From Gekko japonicus (Eukaryota): a stretch of 64,000 bases of DNA. Numbering within the stretch: position 1 is the first letter of the stretch; each line of letters starts with the position of its first letter. Below the pieces are notes generated by a model. It did not search any database and was not told the DNA's origin. It saw only the letters and a list, made by a program, of their open reading frames with translations. Below, in pieces: positions 11,601-21,867 of this stretch. The translations under genes and the position numbers were made by a program. Location: positions 885,546-949,545 of the forward strand of contig NW_015175358.1 in NCBI RefSeq assembly GCF_001447785.1. Reading direction: 5' to 3'.

Positions 11601-14600
11601 CCAGTCTTTTTTAAACTGGGGGGGGGGTTAAGAAAAGGCACCAGCAGCTATGCTATAAATTTGGTACCTTTACCCCAAAAAACAGCCCCAGATCGATAAG
11701 AACCAGTTTGGTGTAGTGGTTAAGTGTGTGGACTCTAATCTGGGAGAACCGGGTTTGAGTCCCCACTCCTCCACTTGCACCTGCTGATGTGACCTTGGGT
11801 CAGTCACAAGCTCTGGCACAGCTGTCCTTGAAAAAGAACAGTTTGTGTCAGAGTTCTCTCAGCCCCACCCACCTCACAGGGTGTCTGTTGTGGGGAGGGG
11901 AAGGGAAAGGAGTTTGTAAGACGCTCTGAGACTCCAAGTGAAGGGCGGGGTATAAATCCAATCTCTCCTCTTCTTCTTCTCCACTATAGCCTATGGGGCC
12001 CATTGATTATAATGGTTTCCATATACTACAATGGAGCCGGAAAACATTTTTGTGTGTGTATGCACCCCTATTGTGCTTTTTAGTATAATTTGTAAGCTGC
12101 CTTGAGTCACAGAAAAAAGTAGGATATAAATATTTGAAAAAATAAGTAGTTTGGGCAGGCTGATAACATTTAAGTAACTTCCTGTTTGTTAGGTTAAACA
12201 GGGTTCTGACTGTGATTGTTCCTCCTCTGTTATACTTGACCTGTAATGCTGGTTGTCATATTTCACTAAAAAACCCAACAAAGTAGACTGCAAGAGTCCC
12301 CCTCTCCCCTAAGTGCTGGTATATTTTCTAAGGGACAGCACAAGGCAACAGTCCAAGCCAATGGCTACCAATATAGTGGAAAGGGGTGCGGAGTGGGTGA
12401 AATTTGACTTGATTCTGTTTTCTCTCATGTTTAAATTATTGTTAAAATATAATTTAAATATAAAAGAATTTATTCTGAGATTTTTTTCAAGGTTATGGAA
12501 GTAATCGCCTAATAAACTTATTTACACGATAGTCGAATGTAGACTTGCTCACAACCTTTGATGCTACTAGCTTTTTTCGCTCACGAGGTAGAATTTCTGC
12601 TCATAACACTTCGGCGCTTAGAGGGAACATTGGTTCTGACTCTCCATTTTAGTCCCAGAGTATGGATGAGAAGGACCCATGATAACAGCAGTCTTAGAGG
12701 TGCTATGTAAATATGAGTCCAGGTAATGCCTTCTGGGAATTCTGTGCGAGCTGTTTTGAATTCCATGACATAAGAAAAGTAGGAGATAAATGCAGTAAAC
12801 AAATCGCCAGACTATCACTTTACCTAGCAGTTTCATGTAGGTGCTGATATCATTGGGGGACAGTGCAGAACCATGTGGAATACCATAGCTCAAGTCCCCT
12901 ACCACCATTTTCTGGAATCCATCTGCTATTTTGGCCTGTGATTTCTGCCCACCCCCACCCCCCAGTCAAGCAGTCCAGAAGTGTCAAAGGTTGGAAGCTA
13001 AATTTTCTTGTGCAGCATCCTAGTGTTGGGTATAAAGCAAATGTGCTGAGAGTGGAACACTTGTTCTGCCTCTCCCATGTACGGTGCAGACCGGGCAGCT
13101 CAGTCAGTTTACTTCTTCAGTGCAACTGTTTTTGAAATAAATGCAATTTGTGCTGCTAGAGATCTTTTTGAGAATGGACTGTGTATAGCAGTGGTGTAAG
13201 TGGTAATCGCTGAACTTGGTGCTAGAATGACTGAAACACACGTCACCCCTCTGTTCTCAGGGCAGCTCTAATGGCATCTAAAGACATGCTTTCTTAATTC
13301 AGGTATTTGAAAGGCAGCTGAATCTAGCTGTATCCTTAAGGAAGCCATTGGTAATTCATTGCAGAGATGCTGATGATGATCTGCTGAAGATCATGAAAAA
13401 ATGTGTACCGAAAGACTACAAAATACACAGGTTAGTATACTAAATGCTAAGTTTTGTGCCTCTGTCATGGCTTTGTGACTGTGATTGCATCATTGCTTGT
13501 GTTTAGACTTGCATGGATACCAAGACTCTACAAGGGTGGGGGGATCTATTAAAATGATCTGCCCCTGGAGCCAGATGGATCCCAACAGCTTTCTGATGGC
13601 TCTACAGGATTTCCCTGTTGATATGGTTGGTGCCCTTGTTGATGCCCTGGTTGACCTCTGGAATGAGGAAATGAACCCAGCAGAACTCTGGGGGCCCTGC
13701 TTGGCAGTAAATGTAAGCAGATACAGAGGGAACATTAATCACTTAAGAGTTTTTAGGCCTTTAAAGAAGGTCACTTGCCTCCTGGTTCTTGAGCTTAGAG
13801 GAGCTTTTGTTTTGCTTCAGAATCATGTCTATGTGCCCTAGCAATGGATAGATAGCATGAAACAGCAAAGGTTGATCAGGTACGGTGCTATTAGTTTTCT
13901 CTGAGGCTTAATTTTTCTCTCATATTCTGAGAACGTTTTGCTAGTTTAAGATTAGTAATGAACTTTTGGACTAGGTGCAAGATAAGAAGAAGAAGAAGAG
14001 AAGAGATTGGATTTATACCCCGCCCTTCACTTGGAGTCTCAGAGCGGCTTACAAAGTCCTTTCCCTTCCCCTCCCCACAACAGACACCCTGTGAGGTGGG
14101 TGGGGCTGAGAGAACTCTGACACAAACTGTTCTTTTTCAAGGACAGCTGTGCCAGAGCTTGTGACTGACCCAAGGTCACAGCAGCAGGTGCAAGTGGAGG
14201 AGTGGGGACTCAAACCCGGTTCTCCCAGATTAGAGTCCACACACTTAACCACTACACCAAACTGGTGTAAAAGGAAGTAATAATATTTCAGAGAAGGATT
14301 GAAGAATCCAGTAATATTTATTGATACTGAATGACATTGAATTGATTCCCTAAAAACAACCAGTTTTAATTAAACCACCTACTTAATTTTTTACTGTAAT
14401 TCTAATTACTGTAATTTTACTGTAAAAATCAGCAATAACTGAAAGTTAATATATAGTATGAATGCTTGGAAAATCTCAGTGTCATCGAAGCCCGATTTTT
14501 AAATTCCGTATGTAAAGAGTTGAAATATAGTTTGCATTTCCTCATCTCCTTTTAGCCAGTCTCAGTTTTATACTGGGTATAAGTTTACAGGGGGGAAAAA

Positions 14601-16340
14601 AAACATAGGACAGCTATGTATTTACTTCTACCTTGCAGTATTGCCTTTAGCACAGCCTGCATTATTGCTTTTCTGCTGCTCACTGGTCTTATTATACTGC
14701 AGAATAACCATCACTTTCTCTTCTCCCTCAGGCATTGCTTTACTGGTAGATACAATGTAATAGAACCATTGCTGGACTACTTCCCAAACCTGACTGTAGG
14801 ATTCACTGCATTGCTGACTTATCCATCAGCAAATGAGGCTAGAGAAGCTGTTGAAAAAATTCCTTTAAGCAGAATAGTAGTAGAAACAGATGCACCTTAT
14901 TTCCTTCCCAGGCAGGTAAGATAGTTCTTGGGGTGTACCCCCACTTCTTTTTAGTTCTCGCTTTATTATGTTTGTTTTATCCTGCCCAAATAGAAGTCCT
15001 TTCCTTTTCTTGTGAAAGTTACCTCTTTAAGTCTTTGAAGGTTTTGGGATGGAATGGGTTGTATAATACTAGCAAATATAAAAATGCAACGGTCACACAA
15101 CTGACTTCTCTTATACACTTCTACTTATTTGAGTTTCATTGTCATGGGGTGTTCTGAGCATCTGGTTTAATGAGTCTGAAAAGGTTACATAAATTCATGG
15201 AGAATACTTTAAAACTAATAATACAGCTATACTCTGCACAGTGGCAGTGTTGTGCCATTTACTCTCGGCAGGTTGCACTCAGGTCTTTGTGTGTAACAGG
15301 TGTTCTAGAGAAGTGTCGAAAATAACATTTTTGGAGTGGTACAGGTATAGCAGTAAAGTGAGAACAACAGGGGAAACAGTTTGGTAACAATAATGGGGGA
15401 TGCTTCTTGGCACTGGGAAGTGGGACTATAGTGGCCGTGTAACCTTGATTAGAGCATGAAACCCTTTCGGTTGAATGAGAAATGGGGAAAGCTAAAGGCT
15501 TCAGGTAAGTGTAATATAATGAATTTAGGCCAATAGTTACCAGTTGCTTACTAGTCTCTTGATATAAAGAAGATGTTGGGGAAATGAGAGATAATACATC
15601 CTAGCTGCTTTTAAAAAGATTTCCTTGTAAGGAAAAGGGCAAATTAACCTACCCTGGCAAATTCTCCCCTCGCCCCTTTTCTCATAGAGGGTGAAAAAAA
15701 AATCTTGTTTATTAATGCATTTGCTTCACTAATCAAGAGATGATGAAATAACCATCAAGTTATTCTTGATTTTCTGAACGTCAGAAGCTGTGAGTAAATC
15801 AAAGAGGATCAATAAATCAGAGTTCAAGTCCAGTGGTACCTTCAAGACCAACAACGTTTTATTCTGGGTATAAGCTTTTGTGTATCTGAAGAAGTGTGCC
15901 ATGCACATGAAAACCTATACCCAGAATAAAACTTTGTTCTGTTAAAGGCGCCACTGGGCTCAAACTTGGTTCTGCTGCTTCAGACCAACACAGCTACCCA
16001 CCTGGATCGGTTAATCAGTTAGCAGTTGCTCTTTGTTTCATTTGTATTGTCTTCAGTGTGTCTGTTAAAATTGCCCACAATGTATGTAGTGCAAGGTGAG
16101 GGAAGTTTTTGTTATGTTAATTCTCAACCGTAGTTCTAATTCTGAATTGTACAGAATAAAGTAACTGATATTACTTCTAAGGCTTCTGGTTTTCTTTAGG
16201 TTCCGAAAAGTGTGTGTCAGTATTCACACCCAGGAGTTGCTCTGCACACAGTGAGAGAACTTGCCCGCCTCAAGGAAGTGCCATTATCCATTATGTTGGC
16301 TGCTCTAAGACGAAACACCAAAAAAATATATGACTTGTAA
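5239..16340 (+). CDS. TATDN2: TatD DNase domain-containing protein 2, spliced CDS 2778 nt / 925 aa
   Basis: Exons 5239-5607, 6322-7374, 9735-10637, 13303-13430, 14732-14915, 16200-16340; all GT-AG with consistent phase. TatD motifs [40 protein letters not shown]; long Ser/charged N-terminus; neighbours GHRL and SEC13 as in other amniotes. Confidence 0.95.
6322..7374 (+). CDS. TATDN2: TATDN2 coding exon 2 (gene exon 3; disordered, repeat-containing)
   Basis: Acceptor tttag, open 351 codons incl. [14 protein letters not shown], donor AAG|GTGAGG. Confidence 0.85.
8073..8932 (-). mobile_element. CR1 LINE 3' fragment
   Basis: [37 protein letters not shown] motifs; (TTCTTATG)n tail. Confidence 0.92.
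9735..10637 (+). CDS. TATDN2: TATDN2 coding exon 3 (start of TatD domain)
   Basis: gcag acceptor; [34 protein letters not shown]; donor AAG|GTAAAA. Confidence 0.95.
10999..11343 (+). mobile_element. Sauria SINE
   Basis: Same family as 2931; TSD TAGTCCATTATAA; ACCTTT tail. Confidence 0.85.
11701..11981 (+). mobile_element. tRNA-derived SINE with L2-like 3' end
   Basis: A box TGGTGTAGTGG, B-box-like GGTTTGAGTCCC, (TCT)n tail; repeated at 13985, 54459, 59065. Confidence 0.85.
13303..13430 (+). CDS. TATDN2: TATDN2 coding exon 4 ([27 protein letters not shown]...)
   Basis: ttcag acceptor, donor AG|GTTAGT, TatD motif PLVIHCR. Confidence 0.95.
13985..14265 (-). mobile_element. tRNA-derived SINE, inverted near-identical copy of 11701
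   Basis: About 4 mismatches over ~280 nt by manual comparison. Confidence 0.85.
14732..14915 (+). CDS. TATDN2: TATDN2 coding exon 5 (HCFTG...[11 protein letters not shown])
   Basis: Polypyrimidine+cag acceptor, donor CAG|GTAAGA. Confidence 0.95.
15818..16008. repeat. Penelope-derived palindromic repeat with decayed hammerhead core
   Basis: Inverted arms TTTTATTCTGGGTATA / TATACCCAGAATAAAA around CTGAAGA-A-GTGTGC..GCACAT-GAAA; relatives at ~2860-3430, ~22550-22690, ~41612-41740. Confidence 0.65.
16200..16340 (+). CDS. TATDN2: TATDN2 last coding exon ([12 protein letters not shown]...NTKKIYDL*)
   Basis: tttctttag acceptor; TAA 16338-16340; candidate AATAAA at ~17534. Confidence 0.93.
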   Translation, partial: VPKSVCQYSHPGVALHTVRELARLKEVPLSIMLAALRRNTKKIYDL

Positions 16341-18183
16341 GAAAGTGCAAGAACGCCTAGAAGAGAGGTGCTGCATAAATGCCGGTTTGAAGTAACAGCC
16401 TCTTAAAGTGATTATTCTGTAATGCAGATGGATAGTTGGGGTTCACAGTGCTGTGGATAAGCCTGGGTCTACTGAGATGTCTGACAGGAGTAAGGTATCA
16501 AGCGCTTAGAAGAAAAAGGTCACACATTGATCTCGTTTGTTGTCTTAAGGTGCCTTATTGTTGATTTTAGTCAGAAGTGACTTTCCTTTTAATTTACCCA
16601 TCCTTGGAGGCAGCAAAGAACACAGTATTGGCTTTTTAATTTTTGTTTCAATTTTATGACAGAACGTTTTATAAGGTCAACTTCCAATTGCATAGGACAG
16701 GCCTAGGTGTAGTTGATGTAGAGAGTAGCGGCTTAGCCTCTTCACAAAAGGAATGGTGCTTTCAAATCATAAAGGCCATATTGGAGTGTTGCTCTTAGAA
16801 CAGACCACCAGGTCATTGCCATAGCGTGCCTCCTTTGTCGTTCACCATAGTTAAAACACTTTTTCACCTGCTAGTGTGTGTGTGTAGCAGTATCCTTAAT
16901 GGAGTAATGAAGTGCATTTCCTGTGTATGATAGCTGAAATTCTTTACATCTGTGTAAGCACAATGATCTTCTCAAGCACTGGTTGAACACCGTGTGGCAA
17001 AAATTACTTTTTAAAGAGAACTGAGACTGTGCATACTGTTTAATGAGCTAATGGTGGAAGACACTGTGACGGGGAAAGCCAGATGCATGGAAAAATAAGT
17101 GAAAATAGAAATCTCAAGATTTTCATGTAAAACAATGGCTAAAATTTTAGTTTCTTTTTATTAGTTTTAGCCTCTTCAATTGACTTATTTGATAAGGGGA
17201 AATTATTCCATTTTATATAATTGATTTTAAATATTATTTGGCCTTTAAAGAGTTTATTTGTAAATGTATTTTTATATAAATAATTGTACACTTTGTTTAT
17301 ATAATTGACTCCTGTCAGTGAGGCAACTAATTAAAACCTTGTAGTCATTAACATTGAAAACAAGTGGTGGTTCTCCATCTTTCTGTTGCCTTCAGTCCAG
17401 GAATTCCATGTTATATGCAAAAGTTCTTCCTGTAAGTACCTTTATTCCCATTGTTAAAAGTATTTTCCAGTGTTTGTGGAAATGGAAATAGCATTTCAGG
17501 AAACTTTTTTCTTTGTGTATATGCAGGAATGACAATAAAACCATGCTCCATATGTTTAGATAGAGCCAGTTGTCAGTTTTGTACTCTTAGAGAAACTCAA
17601 GAAAAAGCCAAGACATTTCATGCTAATAAGCTTAGCTCTCCAATAGCAGAAGTGGGTGTTATCTTGTCTTTCTAAATAACAATTTTTTTCTGTTCTATTG
17701 CCCGTGATCCTGTCTATAGCGAAAAGTGAAAAGCTCCCTCTGCTTATGTAGTACCTATTTGTTGTATTACAGTAGTTGTCTTCCTCAGCATCCACATGTT
17801 TTTTGCTTTTAAAAGGAATGTGTGCACACATTCACACCTCACTACTTCATTATAAACTTCGCTTGCATCTAGTTTTCACATACTCTCTAACATGCAGTGC
17901 TAAGCTAGCACAAAATCTGCAGTCTTTTTCTTGTGAAACTAGAGCATTCAGCAAAAATGATTTTTTTAAAAACTTCCAGGCTCCAAGATCTTTTTGGCCA
18001 GATGACCATTCCCCCTTCCCCTTTAAAAAAAGTATTATGAATATAATGCACAACATATTTTAATAAGTTAACAATACATTTCTTGCATTCTGAAATTGGG
18101 GCATTTATTAGGTTACACTGCAAGATCTGAAGCAGTTTAATTTGGCTTGTGAAAATTTAAGTTGGGGTGGGGCATCTTGATTT

Positions 18184-18203
18184 TCACTTTTTTTCTTGGC
18201 TTT
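18184..18203 (-). CDS. GHRL: GHRL terminal coding exon (ESQEKK*)
   Basis: Acceptor ctcttgaccttttcag, phase 1 matches the exon 4 donor, TGA, then AATAAA at 18109-18104. Confidence 0.8.
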
Positions 18204-20507
18204 CTGAAAAGGTCAAGAGGAAAGTAGTTAGTTTTTGTTTCATATTCATATATCCAAGGAAGTTAGTGTGCTGTTTCTGTAAACATTTTGAATAGTTTTG
18301 CTTGTTAAAAGCACAAATACTGTAATACAGAGAACAAAGTAGAAGCTATCTTTATTTTCAGTTATATAGATGTGGTGCCTAACTATAGGAACTGTAGCAT
18401 CAAAGAGGCTAGATAAGTTCTGTCAGTACAGAATTTAGACCTGAAATTGGTTCTTAATTTTCCTTTTAAAAGTTTCTATAACTTATCCCGACAGATTCCC
18501 AGATGTTTTAAGACATAGGCAGTTTTGGGAAGCATATTAATAGGAGAAAGAATGAGCTTAATGTTTGCATTCAGTCCTCATATTTTCAGGTTTACAGCCC
18601 TATCATAAACAATTGCTGGAAGCACTGAGTTGGATCTGTCCATCAGCAGAAATCATGGATGATCATCGGTCTTAACTGGCTCTCCTTTCTCTCCACCAGC
18701 CATTTCTGCCTCTGGGTTGGGAGGCTGCAATGGGGATAGAAATAATGTCCCTCCCTATTGCAGCCCCAGCTTGTGTGGCTATTACTTCATGTGGGTCCTT
18801 GGAGTATTCCCCAAAATAAACTTTCCCAGGGCTGGACTTGGCAGGACTGGAGAGCCTGATCTGCAAGGTCGTTGTGAAGGATCCAACACACTGATGTCAC
18901 GAAGTGCTTACTTTCTATAATGGATTCTACAGTGTAGTCAGATGCCATGCAGGTTTACTTAGAAGCAAGTTTTCCTGAGTTTGGTTGGATTTACATGGGA
19001 ATATAAGCATGCCTGGAATTATTCAATTTCTCTTTCAGGGCTAGAAATTACGGTAGCTAAGTGTCTTTATAGGAGCCTGCCTACACTAAAGGCAACATAA
19101 AAGTAAATTTGTCTTGAATAATGTTCATATGTTACTTCAGCTGGGTTTTTTGTTGCTGGAAGCATTCCCCTGCCTGAAAGATCTATTTTTTTTTCTTTTC
19201 TTTTTTTTAAAATTTTAATACTACATCAAAAATACCCAAATCAAGCAGAGTATAAATACCAAACAATAAACACTGAAAGAGATCTATTAAGGGCCTCACT
19301 TCCAAAATACATTAAGGTGGACATGCAGAAGGTACAATTGGAAATTTTGCTTCAAGTGCCTGTGATTCAGGTAAGTTCTTAGACCTCTTAGCCTAGACTA
19401 ATAAAAGTTTATTTATTTACTTATTTCTAACTTTCGATTTCTGTCCCACTCTTCCCTGCACTGCAGGGCTCAGGGTGGGTTACATCATAATAAAATAGTT
19501 AAAATATAACTTTACAATAATAACTATAACAATTAACATGATAGTGCATAAAAACCAGTACATTATATTACAAAATATTACCTTTAGTGTCCTCAGTAAG
19601 TATGTCCTCCAGAAACTGTTCCAGTATTTGCCCATATTTGCCATACTGTTCTTCTGAGACTTTAATGCATTTTCAGTCACAGTGGAATGAGGAGAGACAA
19701 AGAGGTTCTGTTCCATTTCCTCGCGCTATTTTCACATTTAGTTGGTTGTTTCTATTTTTTTAAGGGTCAGTGCTATTTGGACATCATAATGTGCATTTCT
19801 TAAATATTAAGAATTGTGAGTGGGAGGGAGAAGAGAGAAGTTCCATCTGAACAAAATTCCGCAGGAAGAAGAAAATAAATTATGCTTTAAAGTGGTAGAT
19901 TATTGAAGAAAAAGATTATTACAGTTGAAACTTACATCCAGAAATAGATTAACAATAAACAGTGTTCCTATTTTATTTCTAGGAGTCTTTTTATATAAAG
20001 AATCTATTGGTTCAGAACAAATGTTTGTGTCTGCTCTCATAGTGCTTCAAAAGTTGGGGAAGACACGGTAGCTGTATTTAATTAAATGTAAATCTAGCTG
20101 TATAAGTTAACTTTGGTTCAAGTTTATTACACACAACACCATGGTACGAAAGATCTTTATGATCTTAAGGGATTGCATGGGGGGAAAAACCTTTATTTGT
20201 ATTTCATCAGTGTCTCCTTCAGTCCTGTGCACGTCCAAAACTGCTCCCGCATCTCGGCGGTGGAGTTTTGTTGCAGGCTTTGGGGGAGGCTTTCGTTGCT
20301 GGAAGGAAATCAGACGTAATGTTACAGACCAGCATTCAAATAGTCCTTTCCCTAAATAAAGTTATATCATGCAGTAATGGTGGTACCAGCACTATTTACC
20401 TGTGCCTTAGGTTGTTCAGGGCTTAAAAAACTGGAGCCAGCTACAGTGGTCTCTGGCCAGAGCAAGAAGACAAGAAGCATCACAAGCACTGTGGTTCTGA
20501 GAAACAT
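18184..20507 (-). CDS. GHRL: Preproghrelin (ghrelin/obestatin prepropeptide); obestatin exon degenerate at its 5' end
   Basis: Minus-strand exons 20507-20400 (MFLRTTVLVMLLVFLLWPETTVA-GSSFLSPEQPKAQ), 20298-20191 (QRKPPPKPATKLH-RR-DAGAVLDVHRTEGDTDEIQIK), ~19666-19582 (IKVSEEQYGKYGQILEQFLEDILTEDTK), 18203-18184 (ESQEKK*). GSSFLSP N-terminus after a 23-aa signal peptide; located between TATDN2 and SEC13. Confidence 0.95.
19582..19666 (-). CDS. GHRL: GHRL exon 4 remnant (C-terminal part of the obestatin region and C-ghrelin); true acceptor uncertain
   Basis: IKVSEEQYGKYGQILEQFLEDILTEDTK resembles avian VKITEREYQEYGQALEKMLQDIL (recalled); intact donor G|GTAATA; upstream FNVPFEIG-like segment absent, in-frame TGA at 19675-19673. 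Confidence 0.75.
20191..20298 (-). CDS. GHRL: GHRL exon 3: ghrelin residues 14-26, RR cleavage site, start of C-ghrelin
   Basis: Acceptor ttccttccag, 108 nt open, ends ...QIK as in the avian exon boundary; weak donor AAG|GTTTTT. Confidence 0.9.
20400..20507 (-). CDS. GHRL: GHRL exon 2: signal peptide + ghrelin residues 1-13
   Basis: 108 nt, ATG at 20507, GGC TCC AGT TTT TTA AGC CCT = GSSFLSP, donor CAG|GTAAAT; probable acceptor cacag at ~20549. Confidence 0.97.
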
Positions 20508-20824
20508 GATTGTCTTGAAAGGCGCTTCCACTATAGACTATAATCAACCTGTGCATGTTAACAGAAATGAAAAATGACAATAACTGGCAGAGGTTGGAAG
20601 TAGTATTAAATACTCAACGATTTGTTCTAAAGTCAAAGATAAACTATATCCTGTTCATCTGTCAGATAAAACTGCCAAAAGGAAGTTTCTTTCATTATAT
20701 TCATTTAATAATAATAATAGTGCTTATGTCCATCTGGGGTCCTGGCAGAAAATATTATTTCTTCCTTTGAGTGAAAAAAGTAAAGCTAAGCAAGGAATGG
20801 GGAAACAACAGAAAGGTTTCTTAC

Positions 20825-20890
20825 CTAGTACCTCTTGAATGAAGTGGTGGAGGGTGGTGTTTAAGGCTTTTATATAGCTGCTGATAATAT
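20825..20890 (-). promoter_or_regulatory. GHRL: GHRL TATA box and ~21-nt non-coding exon 1
   Basis: TATATAAAA at 20876-20868, GATA site at ~20882-20887, Inr-like CACTTC ~30 nt downstream, donor TAG|GTAAGA at 20824; matches the ~20-nt first exon behind TATATAA known in mammalian ghrelin genes. Confidence 0.75.
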
Positions 20891-21867
20891 TTGTTTTGTG
20901 TGGATATTAACTCCTTGCAGTTGGTGGTATTAGGCATTCCTTAGAAACATAATCAGTAATGTAATATAAATGGCGTGTGAGGCGGATTAGCTTTAGAAGT
21001 CTAATGCAGATTTTAAAAAAACAAACAATCGGTGAATTGCCTCACTAGCATTTTTCAAACAATGCTTGCATGGTGATTATAGGATAACAAATATTTCTGA
21101 ATGGAAAATTACACATGGAAGCTTAAGTTAATTTCTCACTGATGCCTGCTCATGATGGCATCCTTTGTGCCCAAATAATTACTTCATCAGCCCTGAGGGG
21201 CCTTCATTTTTAGGCAGGTGTCGACTGCTCTTCTCTCATTACCTTTACTGATTGGATGCAGTCCCAGAAATTGGAAGCTGGGCAGGTTGGCCACCTTGGC
21301 TACCCCAGTGGCCATTTGATGCCCTGATCAGCAGAGGGGACAGGTGTGGCTTGTCATTGCCTCCCAGATCTGTGCCGCTGCTAGCTGAAAGCAAAGGTGG
21401 GCTGCTGAAATGGGAGCCCACCTTGGACCCCATGAGGGGGCATAGGTGGAGGTGTACATCCCATCTACTCATGATTTTGCTGTCTGGGTCCACTTGGTCT
21501 GCAGAGGTATTGATGCTATGTGCTCCTTGGACCCAGCCAGAACAGTACTGGAGCAGGGCTTTTGGGGTGGCAAAATGTCCCCAAGTACAAGAAAAGGTAT
21601 TGTGAGGGAAAATCACAAAGTACTAGAGATTTGTGCTAGAGTTAGTGGGGGTGAGGTAGGGACTGTCAGCCATCTTGATTTTGCTAGCCTTTGGTATGCC
21701 CTTGCACCTTAAGCCAATCAGGGGAGGTAGTAGGGAAGAGTCCACTAGCAGTAACTTGAGTATAATCTGAGCTATCTTTGTTTTTTCCTCTCTGTGCATG
21801 GGTATGGACAGAGAGTGGTATGAGCTAGAAGGAATGAACAAAAGAGTTCTTAGCTCTTGGCTTGCAG

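Noticed and set aside
11701-11775. tRNA gene
   Set aside because: Only A/B boxes of a SINE head; no cloverleaf.
17250-17300. Pumilio/AU-rich regulatory element in the TATDN2 3' UTR
   Set aside because: Only imperfect matches (TGTAAATG) in very AT-rich sequence; needs conservation data.
19480-19716. 78-aa minus-strand ORF as an independent gene
   Set aside because: It is a shifted frame of GHRL exon 4; no promoter or homology of its own.
18184-20507. GHRL as a complete pseudogene
   Set aside because: Promoter, signal peptide, mature hormone, cleavage site and last exon are intact; only the 5' part of exon 4 is damaged.
21245-21712. Overlapping ORFs upstream of GHRL as a GHRLOS-like or novel gene
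   Set aside because: No recognisable domain or exon chain; antisense transcription cannot be shown from sequence alone.
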